Assembly (NCBI GenBank): GCA_028826165.1
Contig: JAPDFW010000081.1
Span: forward strand, 496,001-560,000
Direction: 5' to 3'
Length of the DNA stretch: 64,000 nt
Origin: Anaeramoeba ignava BMAN
Taxonomy: Eukaryota > Protista > Anaeramoebae
In this document: one piece after another, positions 37,905 to 47,826 of the stretch
Numbering within the stretch: position 1 is the stretch's first letter
Layout of the letters: every line of letters begins with the position of its first letter
The notes under the pieces: model-generated
What the model was told of the DNA's origin: nothing
Databases searched by the model: none
Seen by the model: the letters and a program-made list of their open reading frames with translations, nothing else
Translations under genes and position numbers: made by a program

Positions 37905-40900
37905 ATGGAAAATAAATCATTTACTTGTCAAATTTGTTTTGAAGAATATTCAAAAGAAAGAAAACCAATGATTGTTTGTGCAGAAGGTCATTCAGTTTGT
38001 GAACTATGTTTAAAGAATATGAGAGAATGTCCATTTTGTAGATCTTCATTAACAAAATTTAAACCAATTCGAAATCGAGGTTTATTAGATATTATTGAAC
38101 AAATGAAAGAACAAAAAAAAGTAGCAAATGTTCCAATTATTCCTTTATCTGAATTAAAAATTGAATTAAAACCTTTTGCTTATGGTAGTTCAGCTGATAT
38201 TTATAAGGCGAAATGGGGAACAAATCAAGTTGTTTTAAAGAAAATAAGAATTCAAACTGATGAAAAATTAAGAAATCAATTTGAAAATGAACTTCAAGTT
38301 GCTATTAAATTAATTCATCCAAATATAATCAGAATTTATGGAATGTTTGAATCAAATTTTGAATTTGGAATCTTAATGGAATTTGCTGAACAAGGAAATT
38401 TAGAACAAAAAATTCCAAATTTAACATTTCAAGAACAAATTGATTATTCTTTAAAAATTATTGATGGAATAAAATATTTACATTCAAATTCAATTATTCA
38501 TCGTGATTTAAAACCTCGAAATATTCTCATTTCAAATAATAAACCAAAAATTACAGATTTTGGACTTTCTAAAACTTATGAAAATACAATAAAGAATACA
38601 ACACTTGCAGTTTCATTTGGTTATTCAGCTCCAGAACTTTTTCAAAAAGGAAATAATTATGATTCTTCTTGTGATATTTTCAGTTTATCAATGATTTTAT
38701 TTCAAATTTTTTCAAAGAAACAACCTTTTGAAGATGAAAATCCAATGATGATTAGTTTGAAAATGATACAAGGAATAAGACCAGAATTTCCAAATGATTT
38801 TCCTAAAAAATTAATTGAAGTGATTAAAAAAGGATGGAATCAAAATCCAAAAGAAAGATGTTCATTAAATGAATTTATTCAATGTTTAGAAAAAATCAAA
38901 ATTGAAAGTAATTTTATTATATTTAATTTTAATTTTAATTTTTCAAATAATAATAATAATAATATTATAAAAAATTTTATACAATTATTCAAACTAAAAT
39001 AAATTCTAATAATTGATCCAAAAAAAAAAAGGAAATTCATTTCAATTTCAACAATTTCCACCATTTAAAAACCAATTTCAAATCCAAAATCAAATTCAAA
39101 ATCAAAATCCATTAAAAAATCAAAATCAAATTCAAAATCAAAATCAATTTCAAATTGAAAATCAATATCAAAACAATAAATTCAAAATCAAAATCAAAAT
39201 CAAAATCAAAATCAAATTCAAAATCAAAATCAAATTCAAAATCAAAATCCATTAAAAAATCAAAATCAAATTCAAAATCAAAATCTAAACCAAAATGAAA
39301 ATCAATATCCACAAAAGCAATTTCAAATTGAAAATCAAAATGGATTTGGAAATGAAAATCAAAATCAAAATCAAAATCAAATTGAAAATCAAAATCAAAA
39401 TCAAAATCAAAATCAAAATGAAAATCAATATCCACAAAAGCAATTTCAAATTCAAAATGAAAATCAAAATCAAAATCAAAATCAAAATCAAAATCAAAAT
39501 CAAAATCAAAATCAAAATCAAATTGAAAATCAAATTCAAAATCAAAATCAAAATGAAAATGGATTTGAAAATGAAATTCAAAATCAAATTCAAAATCAAA
39601 TTCAAAATCAAAATGAAAATGGATTTGAAAATGAAAATCAAAATGAAAATGAAAATCAAAATCAAAATCAAAATCAAAATGAAAATCAAATTGAAAATCA
39701 AATTGAAAATCAAAATGGATTTGAATATCAAATTCAAAATCAAAATCAAAATCAAAATCAATTCCAACAATTCCAGCAATTTCAACAATATCCACAAAAT
39801 CAAAATCAATTTACACAAAATCCATATTATGAAGAATTAAAACAAATTTCTGAAGATAAACAAAATGAAAAAGAAAATAATCAAATGATTTCATCAATAA
39901 ATCAAACAATGAATTATTTTGAAAAACTTAGGGATTCAATACAACAAAATGATAAAGGTAAATAATATCAATTTATAAATAATTTTTTTTTGATATCTCA
40001 AATTCAAAAAAAAAAAAAAAGAGAAATTAATATAATTCTTTTTGAAATAATTTTATTATTTGGAAAACAAAATCCAAAAAAAAAGATCCAAGAAAAGAAG
40101 TAATTCAATTTGATCTTTCTTTCATTTTTGAATATATGAATAATTTCCCTTCAGATCGTTTTATTCAAGAAAGTTGTTGTTCGGCTTTAAGAAAATATAC
40201 AGAGATTGAAAAAAGTAAATTTCTTAATTAATTGATTTATTGATTGATTTCTTTTCTTTTCTTTTATTTTTATTATTATTATTTTTTATTATTATTACAA
40301 AAAAAAAACAAAAATTTAATAGAAATTCCACTTAATTTTCAAAATTTAAATCCATTTGATTTAATTATAAAAGCAATGATTAATTTTCCTTTTACAGCAT
40401 ATCTTCAATTTCAATGTTTTTTAATTTTTATTAATATTGGGAAAGAAAAAAGTAAAATAATTTTCAAAATTCCAAATTCAAATTCAAAAATTTTTTTTCT
40501 TCAATTTATTCCAAAAATATTTTTATTTTGAAAAAAAAAAAAGAAAAAGAAAAAGAAATTGAAATTGAAATTAACAAAGAAATTGTATTTGAAGCAATTC
40601 TTTCTTCAATGTTTAATTTTCATGAAGATAAACAAATTATGGATAAAGGAACTAAAGCTTTAGAAGCTTTAGGAATGGAAAAAAAAGGTATTTCTTTTTT
40701 TTTCTACTTAAAATAAATTAATTAAAATTCCTAAATTGTTTATTTTCTTTTTAATTTCAAATTTCCAAAAACGAAAAAAAAAACACACAAAGAAATTATG
40801 AAAAAATTTAAAGCAAAAAAAAGTAAATTATTATTTCCAAAAAAAAAAATCAAAACAATAAATCCTTTTTTTTCTTATTTTCTTATTAATTTCCCTTTTT

Positions 40901-43289
40901 TTTTTTAATTAAAATAATTTTATTAGAAATTGAAGATAAAAAAGATGAAAAATTATTAGAGTTATTAAAAAAACAATATCAAAATTATAAACATGTAAAA
41001 AACAAAAAAAACAAAAACAACAAAAACAAAAATTAATTTATTTGATTTATTATTTTTGATTATTTATTTTTTTGATTAGGGAAAAAAAGTTTGATTTCTT
41101 TAATTATCTTCTTTAATTCTTTTTTTTTCCAACAAAATCTAATTTATTCAATCAATTTAAAAAATAATATTTCTTTTCTTTTCTTTTCTTTTCTTTTTGG
41201 AATTAGGATTCTTTGTTTCATTTTTTTTCTAAAAGAGAACCTATTGATTTTCGTATTTTGAAAGTTTTATTCAAAAAAGGATTTGATTCAACAAAACAAG
41301 ATGTTTTTATTTTATTTATTTTAAATTCAAAATTATTATTAAATTATTATTAATTATTATTAAATTATTTTTTTCATTCAATCAAAAAAATTTTAAAAAA
41401 TAGGATGTAATAATTAAATCAATTTCTCAAAAAACAACACAATTTTATTCAAACATCTTTTTTTCAATTTATTTATTAAAATTAAAATTAAAATTCAAAA
41501 ATAAATTATTATTATTATAAAAAAAAGGATGTAAAAAAAGAAAAAAACAAAAAAATTCAAAATAATCAATTAAATTTATTTATATCTATTTTTAATATTT
41601 TTTTAGAAAGTAATTTTTTTTTGAAAACAAATCTAATTCTAATTCTAAATATAAATATAAATCTAAATCTAAATATAAATAAATCTAAATCTAAATCTAA
41701 ATCTAAATCTAAATCTAAATCTAAATCTAAATCTAATTCTAAATCTAAATCTAAATCTAAATCTAAATCTAAATCTAAATCTAAATCCAATTCAAAATAT
41801 AAAAGAATACACCAATTCATTATTTATGCAGAAACAAAACAATTACTTTGGATATTATTAAATACATCCTTAGAAAAGGATCTGATTTAAATTTGAAAGG
41901 AGTAAAAATTTTTATCATTATTATTCTCTTCTTTATTAATTATTTTAATTCCTCATTTTGGATTTTTTTTGGATGGAAAAAAGAAATCAAAAAAAAAAAG
42001 AAATTTAAAATAATATAAAATAAATTGAGAAATGAAAAGAAAAGGAATTAAAATAAATAATAATATTTTTATTATTTCATAATTTATTCATTTTGTAAAT
42101 TAATTAATTAATTAATAAATAAATAAATTTAATTATAAAATGAATAGAAAGTAAACAATAAAATAAAAATTAAAATAATAAAATTAAAATAATAAAATAA
42201 TAAAATTAAAATAATAATAATAATATAAAAAGGATGTAAATTAAATTTTGATTTATTTTTATTCAAAAAAAACAATTAAAATTAAAAAAATTGAAAAAAT
42301 TGAAAAGGGAGTAAAGAAAATTAATCAAAAAATTAATCAAAAAATTTATATTAATAATAAACCAAAACAAACAGAAAACACCATTAACTTATTTATGCTT
42401 CAATAAATCAATAACAAGAGATATTATTCGATTTTTGATTACAAAAGATGAATATTTACAAAAAGTAAATAATTTTCCAATTAATTAATTAATTTTATTT
42501 ATTTAGAATTGAATAATTTTTTTTGAAGAATAAATTTCAGATAAATTATTTTTTTTAAATGAATAAATAAATAAATTTATCAAATAAGAAATGAAGTTAA
42601 ATAATAATATTGATATTTTTATTATTATTTCATAATTTATTCATTTTCTAAATAAATTATTAACAAAAATAATAATAATAAATAAATAAATTTAATTATA
42701 AAATAAATAGAAAGTAAACAACATAAAAATCAAAAAAAAGAATAATTCTGAAAATATTTATTAATAATAATAATAATAATAAAAGTATGTAAATTAAATT
42801 TTGATTTATTATTTATTCAAAAAAAACAATTAAAATTGAAAAAATTGAAAAGGAAGTAAAGAAAATTAATCAAAAAATTAATCAAAAAATTTTAAATTAA
42901 TTATAATAAACCAAAATAAACAGATAAAACCATTAACTTATTTATGTTTCAATAAATCAATTACAAGAGATATTATTCCACTTTTAACTAACCAAGAAGC
43001 AAATTTAAAAGAAGTAAATAATTACCCAATTAATTAATTTTATTTATTTAGAATTGAATAATTTTTTTTTGAAGAATAAATTTCAGATAAATTATTTTTT
43101 TTAAATGAATAAATTAATAAATTTATCAAATAAGAAATGAAGTTAAATAATAATATTGATATTTTTATTATTATTTCATAATTTATTCATTTTCTAAATA
43201 AATTATTAACAAAAATAATAATAAATAAATAAATAAATTTAATTATAAATAAATAGGGAGTAATAAAAAAGAATAATTCTAAAAAGATT

Positions 43290-43320
<31 letters not shown>

Positions 43321-46300
43321 GGAAGTAAATTAAATTTTAATTTATTATTTATTAATTAATATTAATTAAAAATTGAAAAAGGAAGTAAAAAAATTAATCA
43401 AAAATCCACAATCAAAAAATTTAATTAAAAAATATTTTAAATAATTAAAACAAAATAAACAGATAACACCATTAACTTATTTATTTTCTCAAAAACCATT
43501 TCCAATAGATACTATTGAATTTTTGATTACAAAAGGTGTGAATTTGATTTCTCAAGATGTAAATTTTGTTTTTCTTTTGTTTATTGATTTAATTCATCTA
43601 TTTATTCATAAAACAAAATCAAATAAATAATTAATTTAATTTAAATAAATAATTAATTAAATATAGAAAGTAAAAAATATCAATAAAACAATTTATTTCA
43701 ATTTCAAATTCAAATTCCAAATAAAAAAATTATTATTATAAAAAAAAGGATGTAAAAAACAAAAGAAAAAATTCAAAATAATCAATTAAATTTATTTAAA
43801 TCTATTTAATATTTTTTTGGATTTCTTTTTTTAGAAAGTAAATTTTTCTTTTGAAAATAATTCTAATTTTAATTCTAATTCTAATTTTAATTCTAATTTT
43901 AATTTTAATTCAAATTCTAATTCTAATTTTAAAATATAAAAGAATACACCAATTCATTATTTATGCAGAAACAAAACAATTACTTTGGATATGATTAAAT
44001 ACATTATTAAAAAAGGATATGATTTAAATTTGGAAGCAGTAAAAATTTTTTATCATTATTATTCTCTTCTTTATTAATTATTTTAATTCCTCATTTTGGA
44101 TTTTTTTTTGGATGGAAAAAAGAAATCAAAAAAAAAAGAAATATAAAATAATATAAAATAAATTGAGAAATGAAAAGAAAAGGAATTAAAATAAATAATA
44201 ATATTATTATTATTTCATAATTTATTCATTTTGTAAATTAATTAATTAATAAATAAATAAATAAATTTAATTATAAAATGAATAGAAAGTAAGCAATAAA
44301 ACAAAAATAAAAATAATAATATTATTAATAAAATTAAAATAATAAAATTAAAATAATAATAATAATAATATAAAAAAAAGGATGTAAATCAAAATTTTGA
44401 TTTATTTTTATTCAAAAATAAAATTAAAATTTAAAATTGAAAAAATTGAAAAAATTGAAAAAATTGAAAAGGGAGTAAAATAAATTAATCAAAAAATTAA
44501 TCAAAAAATTTATATTAATAATAAACCAAAACAAACAGAAAACACCATTAAATAATTTATGTTTAAATAAATCAATAACAAAAGATATTATTCAATTTAT
44601 GATTTCAAGTAGATTCAATTTCAATATTCAAAATGTAAATTCCTTTTTTTTTTTTTTTGAAAAATATTGAAATAAATAACAATAAAAAAAATAAAATAAA
44701 TAAAAATAAAAAGAAAACAATTAATTTTATAAATATAAATATAAATCTAAATCTAAATCTAAATCTAAATCTAAATCTAAATATAAAAATGATTGATTAA
44801 TTAATTGATTATTTTTTTTTAACTTATTAATTTAATAGAAAGTATAAAATGAAAAATCAAATTAAATTTCTTTCTCTATTAATAATATTTTGTTTTTTTA
44901 TTTCATTAATTTTTAAATAGTATGTAAAAATAAAAGAATTATTATTTATTTTCAAATTTATTTATCAATTTTACTTTTTCATTTTATTAAAAATAAATAA
45001 TTCAGAAAGTAATAAATAAATAATTTACTAAATATTCAATAAATCAATTTCTGAAATTGAAATTATTTAAATTTTTTCGAAAGGATTCTCTCGTTCATTA
45101 TTTATGTAGAAATGAATCAATTACATTTGAAATTATTCAATTATTAATATCTAATGGAGCAAATTTTAATTTAAATGGAGTAATTTATTTATTAATTAAT
45201 AAAATAATTTGATAATTAATTTAAATTTAATTCATTTCTTAAAAAAATTTTGTTTTTCAAAATAAAAATAGACAGTAAATAAATAATTAAATTAATTTTG
45301 GAATTTTATTCATCTATTTTTTTTTATTTGGAAATTTATTATTATTATTTAAATAATATTTAAATAGGGAGGAGTAAAAATAAAAAATAAAAATAAAAAT
45401 AAAAATAAATTTCATAAATTATTTTTTATTTAAATTTAATTCAATTTATAAAAAAATTTGATAATTTTATTGTGTATTTTTTCATTCCAAAATTTAGAAA
45501 GTAATAAATTTTTATTTAAAAAATTATTCATCTTCAAAATAAATCAATCAATAAATTAATCAATATCTTTCTTTCTTTTTTAAATTTATTATTGTTATTA
45601 TTATTTAGTCTGTAATTCCTTTTAAAAACAAAAACAAAAACAAAAACAAAATATTAAAAATCTTTATTTATTTATTTATTGGTTTGATTTAGAATGTAAA
45701 TTTTAAGAAAAGAAATTAATTAATTTTTTGTTTATTTTATAATTTGATAATCAAAAAAAACTAAGAAATTATTTGATTAAATTTGTGAATTATATTAAAT
45801 TGATAAAAACATATTCAAAATTTTTATATATTTGTAATAATAAAAATAAAAATAAAAATCAAATTAAATTATTAAAAATGAAAATAAAATAATTGGAATA
45901 AAATAGGAAGTAAAAATAAAATTATTTAATTCTGTTTAATTCTATTAAATTAAAATAAAATAAAATAAAATAAAAGAATGTAAAACAAAAAAAAATAAAT
46001 AAATTTACAAATTTAAATTAATTTTTTATTTTTAATAATAATAATAAAAAGTGGACTCCTTTACATGATTTATGTAGAAATAAATCAATCACAGAAGAAA
46101 TAATTGAATTATTATTCAATATGAGATGTGATTTCCATATTCAATATGTAATTCTTTTTCCAAAACAAAATTAATAAAAATTTTATTTCCATTTTCATTT
46201 TCATTCTCATTCTCATTTATTTTAAATAGTTACTTGTAAATTTTAATCAATTTTATTTAAATTTAATAATTAGTTTAAATAATAATAATAATTTAAATTA

Positions 46301-47671
46301 TTTTAATAGGATGTAATTTAAATGAAAAGAATTAAATCAAAAAAAAAAAATCAAAATTTTATTTTAAGAAAAATAATCTAAATTAAATTCATTTCCAATT
46401 TAAAAAATTTAGAATGTAAATTAAATAAAAAAGAAATCATAATTAAAAATTAAATTTTTGAAAATAAATTTAAATAAAAATTATATTTTTGAAAATAAAT
46501 AGAAAGTATTCTTTTTTTTTTCATCTTTTTTTTTAACAACCCAAAAAAAATAATTTATTAAATCAAATTTGTTAAATAGAAAGTAAAAAAAAATTTCCAA
46601 TTTCAATTTTTATCAAAAAAATTTATTTGTTTTTATTTTTGTTTTTATTTTGGAAAATGAAAATAAATAGTGGGTAAAAACAAATCCCAAAAAAAATAAT
46701 TTTTGTAAATTAATCATCTCTTTTCTATTTTTTTTTATTAGCAATCTCCATTACATTTCTTATGCCAAAACACTTCAATTACAATTGAAATGATTAGAAT
46801 TCTAATTTATAATGATGCTAATTTCAATTTACAAGAAGTATTAATTAACCAAAAATCAAAATCCATTTATTTGCAAAAAAATTCCACTTTTTTTATTCAT
46901 TTTTTTTAATTATAAAATAATTAAATAAGATTGTAAATCTTTTAATAAAATTTGAATTTAATAATATTTTTTTATTAAATTTCAAAATTATTATTAAAAA
47001 TAAAAATCAAAAATTAGGGAGTAAATAAAATAAAAAAAAAAAGAAATAATATTTACAAATAATTTTCATTTTCAAAATTAATCAATAAAAATCAATAAAT
47101 TAATCAATAAATTAAATAGGGTAAATAAATCATTAATAATAAATATTTAAATTATATTTTATATTAAAAACTTATTCTTTAATTTTATTGTTTTTGATTA
47201 TTTTAAAAAATAAATAAATAAATAAATAAATAAATAAAATTTGGAATAAAAAATCAAAAAAATAAATCAATTTAATTAATGAATTAATAAATAGAAAGTA
47301 AAAAAAAACATAAATTTGATAAGATAATTAAATTAAATTAAATTAAATTAAATTAAAATAATGCTTTTTTTTTGGAAATAAAAAAAAGGGAGTAAAACAA
47401 AACAAAACAAAACAAAACATAATCATAAACAGAAAATTAAATTTAAATTTGTAAATTAAATAATTTTTTTTTTGGAATCTTTTCAAAATAAAACAAAATA
47501 AAAAAATAGTGGACTCCATTACATTATCTTTGTCAAAGTCCATCAATTACAGATGAAATGCTTCTTCTATTGAAAGAAACTAATGCTAATTTTGATTTAA
47601 AAGCTATATATGCATGGAGTAAAAAAACACCAAGAGATTTACTTCCACAAAATTATCAAGGATTGATTTAA
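37905..47671 (+). CDS. RING-kinase(TKL-like)-NQ-ARM-ankyrin protein, copy 1. Exons: 37905-38907, 39032-39957, 40086-40214, 40323-40451, ~40544-40687, 40793-40822, 40927-40994, then 11 ankyrin exons (41207-41302, 41806-41901, 42375-42464, 42924-43013, 43463-43558, 43943-44038, 44539-44634, 45084-45179, 46052-46147, 46742-46837, 47510-47671) joined by microexons
   Basis: [21 protein letters not shown]; kinase [19 protein letters not shown]; three ARM-like exons; ankyrin exons e.g. [78 protein letters not shown]; all junctions GT-AG with matching phase; apparent indel(s) in NQ exon. Confidence 0.88.
41080..47391 (+). other. Microexon arrays of copy 1: 36 x 3 nt, 2 x 6 nt, 1 x 9 nt, plus one 1-nt remnant
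   Basis: AG|exon|GT starting at 41080(GGAAAAAAA); 41404 GAT,41528 GAT,41607 AAA; 42148 AAA,42233 GAT,42308 GGA; 42711 AAA,42786 TAT,42853 GAA; 43257 GGA,43322 GAA,43382 GAA; 43667 AAA,43749 GAT,43835 AAA; 44286 AAA,44381 GAT,44472 GGA; 44839 AAA,44921 TAT,45006 AAA; 45272 ACA,45368 GGAGGA,45498 AAA,45609 TCT,45693 AAT,45907 GAA,45977 AAT; 46230 TTACTT,46310 GAT,46413 AAT,46503 AAA,46580 AAA,46671 TGG; 46930 ATT,47018 GGA,(47120 G),47295 AAA,47389 GGA. Confidence 0.85.
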
Positions 47672-47826
47672 TTTCAAATTTCCTTTTTTTTTTTCTTTTT
47701 TCCAAATTTCCTTTTTTTTAATTCAAGAAAAAAAATTCATTTTAAAAATATCCATTTTTTTGATTATTTTTCCTTTTTTCAAATTTATTTTTCATTTTTT
47801 TCTTTGTTGTTTTTTTTAAAAAAAAA

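Noticed and set aside
42585-42600. AG|AAATGAA|GTT (also near 43133, 52989 and 53546) as an additional microexon after the 90-nt exons
   Set aside because: 7 nt would break the frame and the donor (GTTAA/GTTGA) is atypical; not counted.
41303-47509. AG-NNN-GT motifs as zero-length recursive-splicing ratchet points or chance matches
   Set aside because: Ratchet points are AG|GT with no insert. These have 3/6/9-nt inserts that are never stops and restore the ankyrin x-x-G loop in order, in both paralogs.
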